A stretch of 64,000 nt of DNA from the human T2T-CHM13v2.0 reference genome, Homo sapiens: assembly GCF_009914755.1 (NCBI RefSeq), contig NC_060927.1, one strand, 5' to 3'. Positions 31,072 to 43,709 of this stretch are shown here, piece after piece; position 1 is the stretch's first letter, and each line of letters opens with the position of its first letter. The translations under genes and the position numbers were made by a program. The notes below the pieces were generated by a model. That model searched no databases. It was not told the origin of the DNA and saw only the letters and a list, made by a program, of their open reading frames with translations.

Positions 31072-31402
31072 GGCTGGGTGCAGTGGCTCACGCCTGTAAT
31101 CCCAGCACTTTGGGAGGCCAAGGCAGGCAGATCACGAGGTCCGGAGATCGAGACCATCCTGGCTGACATGGTGAAACCCCATCTCTACTAAAATTACAAA
31201 AAATTCACTGGAAGTGGTGGTGGGCACCTGTAGTCCCACCTACTCAGGAGGCTGAGGCAGGAAAATGGTATGAATCCGGGAGGCCCGCCTTGTGGTAGTT
31301 AGAACCAGGAGGCCCGCCTTGTGGTAGTAGCTGAGATCTCGCCACTGCACTCCAGCCTGGGAGACAGAGCGAGACTCCGTCTCAAAAAATAAAAATAAAA
31401 AA
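31072..31402 (+). mobile_element. AluY/Sc-like with rearranged right arm
   Basis: Dimer; TSD aaaaa(t/a)gagaggaggg; non-consensus duplicated segment at 31272-31330. Confidence 0.92.
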
Positions 31403-31994
31403 GAGAGGAGGGAAAACACTTGCAATCTCTTATGATTTGACAAATTTTCTTCTATTCCTGTGCCATCAGAATTAAATACAATAACACACACAAAGTGCCC
31501 AGCATGGTTGCTCAAACCATGGGTGCTAAAGGGCGCTCAAAAAATACTAGCTCTCATTCTTTTTTCTAGAAGGGAATGAAGAATCAATTTAATCTTAATA
31601 CGGTGTCCCTAAAATAATTGCATCTCTCCCTACTATCACCTCCCATCCCACAGCTGCCTCAAAAACTTTTGAATATTTAAATTATAAAAACTGTTCACCT
31701 GCTGTAAGGGAGTAGTACATTCCCCAGGAGAATTAGATTCTGGAAATAAGAACATCAGAGAAACAGCAAAGAGGATTATCGAAACCCAGCATTTGACTGC
31801 TGAATAGCAAAGGCCTCAATTAATATGTTTTGATACTCAAAACAAACAAACCTTTTGTCAAGTAGCATTCACAATGAGTAAGCAAGGAAATGACTTCTAC
31901 CTGTTTTCAAAAATGCCTCATTTTTACTGTGATGATTGTGAAGCCCTTTGCATTATGGTTGGATACATAAAATTTCAATTTCTCAGCACATGTC

Positions 31995-32482
31995 TTTTAA
32001 ATTGTAGTATAATATAAATAACAACATTTACCATTTTGGCCATTTTTAGGTGTACAATTTGGTGGCATTAAATACATTCACATTGTTGTACCACTGCCAC
32101 CATCGTCAATCTCCAGAACGTTTTTCATCTTGCAAATCTGAAACTCTGTACCCATCAACCACAATAATTCCACATTTCTCCCTTTCCCCAGTCCCTGGTA
32201 ATCACCATTCTACTTTCTGTTTCTATGAATTTGACTACTCCACGTGTCTAAAATAAAGGGAATTATAAACCATTTGTCCTTTTGTGACTGGCAGATTTCA
32301 CTTATCATGATGTCTTCAGGGTTCACTCATTTTGTAGCATGCGTCAGGATTTATTTCCTTTTTAACACTGAATAACATTCTATTGTATGGATATAGCACA
32401 TTTTGTTTTTCCCTTGCCAGTGGACATTTGGGTTGCTTCTACCTTTTGGCTATTGTGAATAATGCTGCTATGAACATGGGTA
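31995..32482 (-). mobile_element. L1MB 3' fragment
   Basis: ggcattaaatacattcacattgttgtac...ctgaaactctgtacccat...ttggctattgtgaataatgctgctatgaacatggg. Confidence 0.88.
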
Positions 32483-32879
32483 GAGCATGTATCATTTCCA
32501 AATGCTCAAGTCACGATGTCAAAATATTAACTCGTCCATATTTACTTTAGTTTTGTACGTGCATAACATGGAATTCAAATTTTACTTTTACTGGCCTGTG
32601 AAAATATACAAGTTAAGATTTCTGAAACAAAATTAAGCAACAACAAATTACATTATTATAATGATTATTACTGTAAGGGTTAACAGCATGGTGCTCTTTA
32701 GTCAGCCTAGCAATGTACAACTCTAGGCAAGAAACTTCATCTTCCAGTCATAGGTTTTATTATTTATGAGTAAGTACGATGCACCGGATGTGGCAGTAGG
32801 CACTTCGTAAGTATTAACTCATGAAATGCTCATAGCAACTCTATGAGAGACATACCATTTTCACCCCCATTGTCCTTAG

Positions 32880-33095
32880 CCTAGCAGCTGAGGGTAGGTA
32901 GTTGAGCCAGATTGCCTAGCTCTTCCACTTACTAGCTATGGGAAATTAGTCAAGTTAATTAACTGTATTAATTTCCTCAAGTGTAAAATAGAAATGATAG
33001 TATCAATTTCTGAGTGCTGTTACAAGCATTAAGTGAGATGATGTATGTGAACTCTTGAGACCCTACATGTAGTTAGTATTCATAAATATTGCATA
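32880..33095 (+). mobile_element. MIR
   Basis: ccacttactagctatgggaaattagtcaagttaattaac...tttcctcaagtgtaaaatagaaatgatagta. Confidence 0.7.
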
Positions 33096-33594
33096 TTAAT
33101 GTTTGCATCTACTTTTCACTCAGTACATTCCTGATGCATTTCTTCCCCATCCCTAATGGTCATATCTGAAGAGTAAGCTCAGAATTTGAAAACTAATGTT
33201 AATATCAGCTTAAACCAAACAAAATGTATTAAGTCAACTTAACTTTCTGAATTACATGAAAATAGTATAATGGCTACATAAAAATCACATTCCAAGTTCG
33301 AGTAAAATGATTTAATGTTACCATCCAGTTCTTTTTCCTAGTATGGATAATGACTGAACTGAAATTTCAGGGACTTCAATTTGAGATCAAGGTCTTCATC
33401 AACCTTACAAGTTGGCTTGGACAAGTCACATTACTACTCTGAGGCTCATTTTTCTCCTGAACAGAGCAAGGGCATAGGACTCATATCTTTACATATGGAT
33501 TGGAGTCTCCTGAGTGAGTAAGCTACTATTTGAGAAAGAGTATCTACTCCAGCAAACGAGCAATCCCTAGAAGGCTTCTGTCCAGGGTTAAGTC

Positions 33595-33907
33595 TTTTTT
33601 TTTTTTTTTTAATCCTCCCACTCCCCAGACAGAGTCCCACTCTGTCACCCAGGCTGGAGTATGGTGGCAGGATCTTGGCTCACTGCAACCTCTGCCTGCC
33701 AGGTTCAAGTGATTCTCATGCCTCGGCCTCTGAGTAGCTGAGATTACAGGCATGTGCCACCACACCCGGCTAATTTTTCTATTTTTAGTAGAGATGGGGT
33801 TTCACCAAGTTGGCCAGGCTGGCCTTGCACTCCTGACCCTAAAGTGATCTGCCTGCCTTGGCCTCCCAAATTGTTGGGATTACAGGCATGAGCCACTGCA
33901 CCTGGCT
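33595..33907 (-). mobile_element. AluSx-like
   Basis: Reverse-complement dimer. Confidence 0.93.
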
Positions 33908-35653
33908 CAGAGTTAGCTCTTGATCAAACCTATCAACTGCTTTCTATATCTTCACTGTTAGGAAGGAAGGAGCTGGAATATTGAAGTTTAGCTGACCAGA
34001 AGACCATGCACATAGCCTATGACTTTGCAATTTCTAGGTTTTTGCATGTGCTGTTTTATCCATGTGGCATATCTTCCCTTCCTGATGGAAATGTTATCCA
34101 TACTTCAAGGCTCAGCTCAAATACCATGTTCTGCCGTGAAATCTCCTAGGGTCTGGCCAATTGGAAGGTTTTTCCCTCTTCAATTCCAACAACATTGCTT
34201 TATGCTTCTTCATTGTTCTTTATTATACACTTCTTTGCCTGATTTGCATACCTATGTCTAGAAACCTTATCTCTTTCATGTTTGGAATCCTCAGAGTGTT
34301 AATGTGGCATGTTCTAGATGCCCAACAAACACTGATTGGTTGGATGTAGACTCCAGCATCCACCTGTAGATGACACCTGTGAGATTAAGTCTGATAATTC
34401 AATGCATATGCCTTGTTTGTGTCACCCACACCAACCCTCAGAGAAGACAGTGTTGAATATATTTATCTAAGCAGATTATTTGTTTTGCCTCACCTTGACA
34501 CTATCTAAATCTTCTTGGTCAGAAAATGTGAGAATGAGAAACCCAGAAAACGGAATTGGAGCACTTTAATTTTTTCTGTATGGAAAAACTTCTTTGTATA
34601 CTTGATTTGATGCTGTCCTTAATGACCTAATGGAAGGGAAAACCAGCTTCAGCTGGAATGACTTCAGTAGTTTGCTGTGAAGTTTCCAGGAGATAAACAG
34701 TCAAAAAACAGATGATTTCAAAAGCCACGATGGATAATCTCAACGGCCACTAAACTGGACCAAATCTCATCACAAATAAACAACTTTGGGTAGGAATAAT
34801 GGTTGGAAATAAACAAACATGGACCAATACCAATGTGAAACTTCTGTTAAGATAAAGTGGATGGTCTTTTGGAATTATCAGAGCTATTTTTTAAAGTTCA
34901 CAACGCTATGGATTAAGAATAAAGTATTAAAGAATTGGCAAGATGTAAAATCCATGGGCTGGTGTTGTCCACAACTAAGGAGTTTACCTTAAATGTTGAA
35001 AGGGGAAAGCCCTCAGCTCACCTTGGAGAACTGAGTGATGCATGATGTTAAAGGCAGAGAAGCCACATGCAATCAAAGACTAGAATCATCAGAGTCAATA
35101 TAAACAAAGATGTTAATAGGCAAGCAATAATTGCCATGAATAATTAAATCCAGGATTGGCTGAAGCCAGACTGTAAGTAATTCCTTGATGTAAAACCAAA
35201 CTCACTGAATAACCTCAAGGGATGTTCCCCACGTGTTAAATGGAAACCACAGTCCCAAGATTCTGGATCTTGCTCTTGGAAAAAGAAAAAGATGGCTGTA
35301 TTTCTGATGTTGTTGCCAGAGAGTCCTGCCCACTTGCTCAGTGATTGAGATGCCCAGTCTTTCCTTTTCTCTCAAATAAAAATCATATGAATACAAAATT
35401 GTATTTACTTTTAAACTAATGCAACACATTTTACTGAAAACATTTGTGATTGTGTTAAGGGACACAGAGATGGTTTTAAGACAGGTCTCTTACTTTAGTA
35501 ATAATTACAGTAAAGCATGATGAATACAATAATAGAAAGAGAATAGATGTGCTCCAATCCAATGTACACTGAGGCCTCTAACTTCATTCTTCTTTGTTTT
35601 GGCAATTCCAGTTTATTTGCATCTACATGTAATTTTAAAATCTGTTTTGTCAA

Positions 35654-36466
35654 CACATTTCAAAAGAAGAAATACATGCAGCCAACAAGCATATGAAAAA
35701 AAAGCTCAACATCACTGATCATCAGAGAAATGCAAATCAAAACCACAATGAGATATCATCTAACACCAGTCAAAATGGCTACTATTAAAAAGTCAAAAAA
35801 TAACAGATGCTGGCAAGGTTGTGGAGAAAAAGAAACGCTTATACACTGTTGGTGGGAATGTAAATTACTTCAGCCGTTGTGGAAGACAGTGTCGTGATTC
35901 CTCCAAGACCTAAAGACAGAAATGCCATTCAACCCAGCAATCCCATTTCTGGGTATATACCCAAAGGAATATAAATCATTTTAGTATAAAGACACATGCA
36001 CATGTGTGTTTATTGCAGCACTATTCACAATAGCAAAGACATGTAATCAACCTAAGTGCCCATCAACGATAGACTAGATAAAGAAAATGTGGTACATATG
36101 CACCATAGAATACTATGCAGCCATAAAGAAGAATGAGATCATCTCTTTTGCAGGGACATGGATGCAGCTAGAGGCCACTATCCTTAGCAAACTAACACTG
36201 GAACAGAAAAACAAACACTGCATGTTCTCACTTATAAGTGGGAACTAAATGATGAGAACACATGGACACGGAAAGACAAACAACACACACTGGGGCCTTT
36301 CAGAGAGCGGAGGGTGGGAGGAAGGAGAGGATCAGGAAAAATAACTAATGGATACTAGGCTTAATTCTTGGGTGATGAAATAATCTGTACGACAAACCCC
36401 CATGACACAAGTTTACCTATGTAACAAACCAGCACATGTACTCTTGAACTTAAAAGTTAAAAGAAA
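35654..36466 (+). mobile_element. L1PA (L1PA13-like) 5'-truncated 3' fragment
   Basis: ORF2 C-terminus and 3'UTR (gagaggatcaggaaaaataactaatg...tgatgaaataatctgtac); flanking ttttgtcaa TSD-like repeat. Confidence 0.92.
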
Positions 36467-36490
36467 TTATTTTGTCAATAAAAACTCAAT

Positions 36491-36499
<9 letters not shown>

Positions 36500-36527
<28 letters not shown>

Positions 36528-36611
36528 AGACGGAGTCTCGTTCTGTCATCCAGGCTGGAGTGCAGTGGTGCGATCTCGGCTCACTGCAACCTCTGCCTCC
36601 TGGATTCAAGA
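36500..36611 (-). mobile_element. Alu right-arm fragment
   Basis: Poly-T plus about 85 bp of the Alu 3' end, ending abruptly at tggattcaag. Confidence 0.9.
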
Positions 36612-37257
36612 CATTGATGTGCAGTTGTCTTTTTTTGTATTATCTTTATCTAGTTTGGTATCAGGGTAATATTAACCTCAGAAAATAAGTTGAGAAGTAT
36701 TTCCTCTTCTGTTTTCTGGGATACATTATATAAAATTGAGGTTAATTTTTCTTCAAGTGTTTCACAGAATTCTCCAATGATGCCATCTTGGCCTGAAGAT
36801 TTATTTTACGAGATTTTCAGTTATGAACTCAATTTCTTTAATACCTACAGGGTTATTCAGATTGTCTGTTTCATATTGGTTGAATTTTGGTAGTTTGCGG
36901 CTTTTGAGGATTTGGTTCATTTCCTCTGAGTTGTTGAATGCATGATGATAAAATTGTTAATAGTATTCTCTTACTATGTTTTTAATGGCTACAAGATCTA
37001 CAGTGATAGCTTTTCCATTTCTGACATTGGAGATTTCTTTCTCAACTGTTTTTATTTTGGTAAGTTTTACCAGAGGTTTGTCCATTTTGTTGATTTTTTT
37101 CTTAAGGATTAGGTTTTCTTTTCACTGATTTTTCTCTATTATTTTCTATTTCATTGATGTCTGCTCTTTTCTTTGTTATTTTATTTCTTCTGCTTGCTTT
37201 GAGTTTATTTTGCTCCTCTTTTTCTAATTTCTTGAAGTAGGAATGTAGTTTATTAAT

Positions 37258-37565
37258 TTTTTCTTTCCTTTCTTTTTTTTTTGAGATGGAGTATCGCTCT
37301 GTTGCCCAGGTTAGAGTGCAGTGGCACGATCTCAGCTCACTGCAATCTGTACCTTTCAGGTTAAAGCGATTCTCCTGCCTCAGCCTCCCGAGTAGCTGAG
37401 ATTACAGGCACCCACCACCACCCCCAGCTAATTTTTGTATTTTTAGTAAAGGTGGGGTTTCACCATGTTGGCCAGGCTGCTCTCCAACCCCGAACCTCAA
37501 GCGATCTGCCCGCCTCGGTCTCCCACAGTGCTGGGATTACAAGGCATAAGCAACCATACCTGGCC
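37258..37565 (-). mobile_element. AluSx-like
   Basis: Reverse-complement dimer; TSD tgtagtt(t/c)att(a/g)atttt. Confidence 0.94.
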
Positions 37566-38495
37566 TGTAGTTCATTGATTTTAAACGCACCCATCTGAAC
37601 TGAGTTTCTTATATGTGGCGTACAATTGGGTCACATTTTCTTATACACTCTACCAGTCTGTCTTTTTATTAGTGTATTTAGATCACTTACATTTAAGATA
37701 ATTTTTGTCACATAAATCTGCCATTTTATTGGGTTTTTAAAATTTGTTTCCTCTAGATTTCACTTCACTTTTTCTCTGTTTTGATCTTTCCTCATTTATA
37801 ATATAAGCATTACTGCTATAAATTTCCCTCTCAGTCCTGCTTTAAGCTGCATTCCACAAATTTTGATAAGTTGTGATTTCATTTTCATTGAGTTTAAAGT
37901 ATTTTTAAATTTCCTTTGAGACTTTCTTTTTGATTGATGGATTATTTAGAAGTATGTTAATTTCCACATTTTAGAGATTTTCCTATTGTTTTTCTATAAT
38001 TGATTTCTAGTTTGATTCCGTTAAGATCACAGAATACACTTTGTATAATTTCAGTTATTTTACATTTGTTGAGGTTTGCTTTATAGCCAGGATATGGCCT
38101 ATCTTGACCAATGTCCCATGGATGGTTGTTTTCTATGTATGTCAGTTAGGCCTTGTTGGTGATTGTGTTGTTTAAATAGCATGTATAGTATGTGCGAGGA
38201 GGGGACATAATCGTGGATTTGTCTATTTCTCCTTTCAGCTCCATCAATTTTTATTTCATGTGATTTGAGGCTCTGTTGTTTGATTCATACACATTTAGGA
38301 CCATTATGTCTTCCTGATGAATTCATTCTGTTTTCATGCTGTAATGTCTCTCTTTGTCTCTAGTAATTTTCTTTTTCTGAAACCTACTTTATCAGATATT
38401 AATATAGACACTTCTACTATTACCGATTGTTTGCATGGTATAGCTTTTCCCATCCTTTTACTTTCAATCTACCTATGTTGTTGATTTCAACTGAG

Positions 38496-38641
38496 TTTTT
38501 TTTTTTATTTAATTAACTTTTTTTGAGGCTGGGTCTTGCTGTGTTGCCCAGGCTGATCTTGACCTCCTGGGTTCAAGCAGTCTGCCAACCTTGGCCTCCC
38601 AAAGTGCTGAGATTACAAGCCCAAGCCACCATACCTAGACT
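38496..38641 (-). mobile_element. FLAM
   Basis: Single arm; TSD aactgagttt. Confidence 0.88.
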
Positions 38642-40711
38642 AAACTGAGTTTCTTAAATGCAGCATACAGTTGGGTCACATTTTCTTATACACTCTACCA
38701 ATCTGTCTTTTTATTAGTGTATTTAGACCATTTACATTTAAGGTAATTGTTATGTTCTCACATATATCTGTCATTTTATGTTTTAATTATTTAATGTTAA
38801 GTTCACAGATACATGTGCAGGTTTGTTATATAGGTAAACGTATGTCATGGGGCAGTATTGTGCAGATTATTTCATCACCCAGGAATTAAGCCTAGTATCC
38901 ATTGGTTACTTTTCCTGATCCTTTCTGTCCTCCCACCCTCCATCCTCTAAAGACCCCAATGTGTGTTGTTCCCCTCTATGTGTCCATGTGTTCTCATCTT
39001 ACAAGTGAGAATATGCAGTATTTGGTTTTCTGTTCCTGTGTTAGTTTGCTAAGGATAGTGGCCTCCAGCTGCATCCGTGTCCCTGCAAAAGACATGATCT
39101 CATTCTTTTTTAAGACTACATAGTATTCCATGGTATACATACCACATTTTCTTTATTCAGTCTATTATTGATGGGCACTTAGGTTGATTCCATATCTGTG
39201 CTATTGTAAATACTGCTGCAGTGAACATATACATGCATGTGTCTTTATAACAAAATGATTTCGTTCCTTTGGGTATATACCCAGTAATGGAATTGCTGCG
39301 TTGAATGGCATTTCTGTCTTTAGGTCTTGGGGGAATCACCACACTGTCTTCCACAATGGCTGAAGTAATTTACATTCCCACCAACAGTGTATAAGCGTTT
39401 CTTTTTCTCCACAACCTTGCCAGCATCTGTTATTTTTTTGGCTTTTTAATAGTACCCATTCTGACCGGTGTTAGATAATATCTCACTGTGGTTTTGATTT
39501 GCATTTCTCTAATGATCAGTGATGTTAAGCTTTTTTTCACATGCTTGTTAGCCGCATATATGTCTTCTTTTGGGAAGTGTCTCTTCACGTTCTTTGCCAC
39601 TTTTTAATGCGGTCATTTGTTTCTTGTAAATTTGTTTAAGTTCCTTATAGATGCTGGAGATTAGACCTTTGTCAGATGCATAGATTGCAAAAATTTTCTC
39701 CCATTCTGTAGATTGTCTGTTTACTCTGTTGGTAGTTTATTTTGCTGTGCGGAAGCTCTTTAGTTTAATTAGATCCCATTTGTCAATTTTTGCTTTTGTC
39801 GCAATTGCTTTTGGCATCTTCATCATGAAACCTTTGCCTATGCCTGTGTCCTGAATGGTATTGCCTAGGTTGTCTCCAGGTTTTTATAGTTCAGAGTCTT
39901 ATATTTATATCTTTAATCCATCTCAAAGAGATTTTTATATATGGTGTAAGGAAGGAGTCCAGTTTCAATCCCCTGCACCTGGCTAGTCAGTTATCCCAGT
40001 ACCATTTATTGAAAAGGGAATCCTTTCCCCATTGCTTGTTTTTCTCAGGATCGTTGAAGATCAGATAGTTGTAGATGTACAATCTTATTTCTGGGTTCTC
40101 TATTCTGTTCCATTGGTCTATGTGTCTGTTCTTGTACCAGTACCATGTTGTTTTGGTTACTGTAGCCTTGTAGTATAGTTTGAAGTCAGGTAGTATAATA
40201 CCTCCAGCTTTGTTCTTTTTGCTTAAGATTTTCTTGGCTATTCAGGCTCTTTTTTGGTTCCATATGAATTTTAAAATAGTTTATTTCTAGTTCTGTGAAG
40301 AATGTCAAGGGTAGTTTAATGGAAATACAATTAATGGGACCTATAAATTGCTTTGGGCGATATGGCCATTTTAACAATATTGAGTTTTCCTATCCATGAA
40401 CATGGAATGTTTTTCCATTTGTTGCTATCATCTCTGATTTCTTTGAGCAGTGATTTGTAGTTCTCCTTGTAGAAATCTTTCACCTCCCTGGTTGGGTGTC
40501 CTTCTAGTTATTTTATTTGTTTTGTGGCAATTGTGAACGGGAGTTCATTCATGATTTGGCTCTCAGCTTGATTGTTGTTGGTGGGTAGGAATGCCAGCAA
40601 TTTTTGCACATTTATTTTGTATCCTAAGACTTTGCTGAAGTTGCTCATCAGCTTAAGAGGCTTTCGGGTTGAGACAATGGGTTTTCTAGGTATAGGATCA
40701 TGTCATCTTCA

Positions 40712-40828
<117 letters not shown>

Positions 40829-42232
40829 TTATCTTGTGCTGGTTTTCAAGGGGGAATGCTTCCAGGTTTTACCCATTCAGTATGATGTTGGCTGTGAGTT
40901 TGTCACAGATGGATGTTATTATTTTGAGGTATGGTCCTTCAGTACCTAGCTGATTGAGAGTTTTTAACATGAAGCGATGTTGAATTTTATTGAAATCATT
41001 TTCTCCATCTATTGAGATAATAATATGGTTTTTGTCTTTAGTTCTGTTTATGTGATGAATCACATTTATTGATTTGCATATGTTGAACCAACTTTTCATC
41101 CCAGAGATGAAGCTGGTAGATAAGCTTTTTGTTGTGCTGTTGGATTTGGTTTGCCAGTATTTTGTTGAGGATTTTTGCATTGATGTTCATCAAGGATATT
41201 GGCCTGAAGTTTCCTTTTCTTTTTTTTTTTTTTTTTTTTTTTTGTTATTGTAGCTCTGCCAGTTTTTGGTATCAGGATAATGCTGGCATCATAGAATGAG
41301 TTACAGACAAGTCTCTCCTTTTCAATTTTTTGGAATAGTTTCAGTAGGAATGGTACCAGCTTTTTTTTGTACATCTGGTAGAGTTCAGCTGTAAATCCAC
41401 CTAGTCCTGGGCTTTTTTGGTTGGTAGGCTATTTATTACTGCCTCAATGTCAGAACTCATTATTGGTCTGTTCAGGGATTTAATTTCTTCCTGGTTCATT
41501 CTTGGGCAGGGGTATGTATCCACAATTTATCAATTTCCCTAGATTTTCTAGTTCATGTGCATAGAGGTGTTTATAATATTCTCTGATGGTTGTTTATATT
41601 TCTATGGCATCAGTAATCCCCCTTATCATTTCTGATTGTGTTTATTTGAATCTTCTCCCTTTTCTTCTTTATTAGACTAGCTAGTGGTCTATTTTATTAA
41701 TTTTTTCAAAAAATGAGCTCCTGGATTCATTGATCTTTTGAATGGCTTTTTTTTATGTCTCAATCCACTTTAGTTCAGCTCTGATTTTGCTTATTTCTTG
41801 TCTTCTGCTAGTTTTGGGATTTCTTTGCTCTTGTTTCTCTAGTTCTTTTAGTTGTCATGTTAGATTATTAACTTGAGATCTTTCTAACATTTTGATGTGG
41901 ACATTCAGTGCTATAAATTTTCCTCTTAACACTGCCTTAGCTGTGTCCCAGAGATTCTGGTATGTTGTATCTTTGTTCTCATTAATTTCAAAGAGCTTTT
42001 CAGTTTCTGCCTTAATTTTGTTATTTGTCCAAAAGTCATTCAGGAGCAGGTTATGCAATTTCCATGTAATCGTGTGGCTTTGGATGAATTTCTTAGTCTT
42101 GATTTCTAATTTGATTGCACAGTGGTCAAACAGAAACTAGGATTGCAACCTCTGCTTTTTTCTGTTTTCCATTTGCTTGGTAAATTTTCCTCCATCCCTT
42201 TATTTTGAGCCTATGTGTGTCATTACATGTGA

Positions 42233-42784
<552 letters not shown>

Positions 42785-43402
42785 TAACAATCTTTCCTTT
42801 CCATAATTAGTGCTGCCTTCAGAAGTCTTGTAAGGCAGGTCTGCTGGTAATGAATTTTCTCAACATTTGCTTGTCTGAAAAGGATCTCATTTCTCCTTTG
42901 TCTATGAAGCTTAGTTTGACCAGATATGAAATTCTGGGTTGGAATTTCTTTCCTTTAAGAATGCTGAATACTGGCCCTCAATCTCTTCTGGCTCATAGGG
43001 ATTCCACTGAGACGTCCACTGTTAGTCTGTTGGGCTTCCCTTTGTAGGTGACCAGGCCTTTTTCTCTTGCTGCCCTTAACATTTTTCTTTTATTTCAACC
43101 TTGGAGAATCTGATGATTATGTGTCTCAGGGTTGATCTTCTCACAGAGTACCTTGCTGGCGTTTTCTGCCTTTCCTGAACTTGAATGTTTGCCTTTCTAG
43201 TGAGGTTGGGGAAGTTTTCATGAATGGTATCCTGAAACACATTTGCCAAATTAGTTCCATTCTCCCCATCTCTTTCAGGTATACCAATTAGTCATGGATT
43301 TGGTCTCTTCACATAATCCCATATTTCTTGGAGGTTTTATTCATTTCTTTTCATTCTTTTACCTCTATTCTTGTCTGCCTGTCTTATTTCAGAAAAACTA
43401 CC

Positions 43403-43709
43403 TTTTTTTTTTTTTTTTTTTTTTCCTGAGACTGAGCCCCAGTCTGTCGCCCAGGCTGGAGTACAGTGGCACAATCTTGGCTCACTGAAACCTCTGTCTC
43501 CTGGGTTCAAGAGATTCTCCTGCTTCAGCCTCCCAAGTAGCTGGGATTACAGGCACCCACCAACATGTTTGGCTAGTTTTTGTATTTTTTGTAGAGACGA
43601 GGTTTCACCATGTTGGCCAGGCTGGTCTCAAACTCCTGACCTCAAGTGATCTGCCCGCCTTGGCCTCCCAAAATGCTGGGATTACAGGCATGAGCCACCA
43701 CACTGAGCC
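43403..43709 (-). mobile_element. AluSx-like inserted in L1 ORF1
   Basis: Reverse-complement dimer with poly-T. Confidence 0.94.

Noticed and set aside
34560-35100. Faint resemblance to an ancient CR1/L3-type reverse transcriptase segment (VLNDLMEG...)
   Set aside because: Motifs are incomplete and out of frame; an nhmmer search against Dfam would decide
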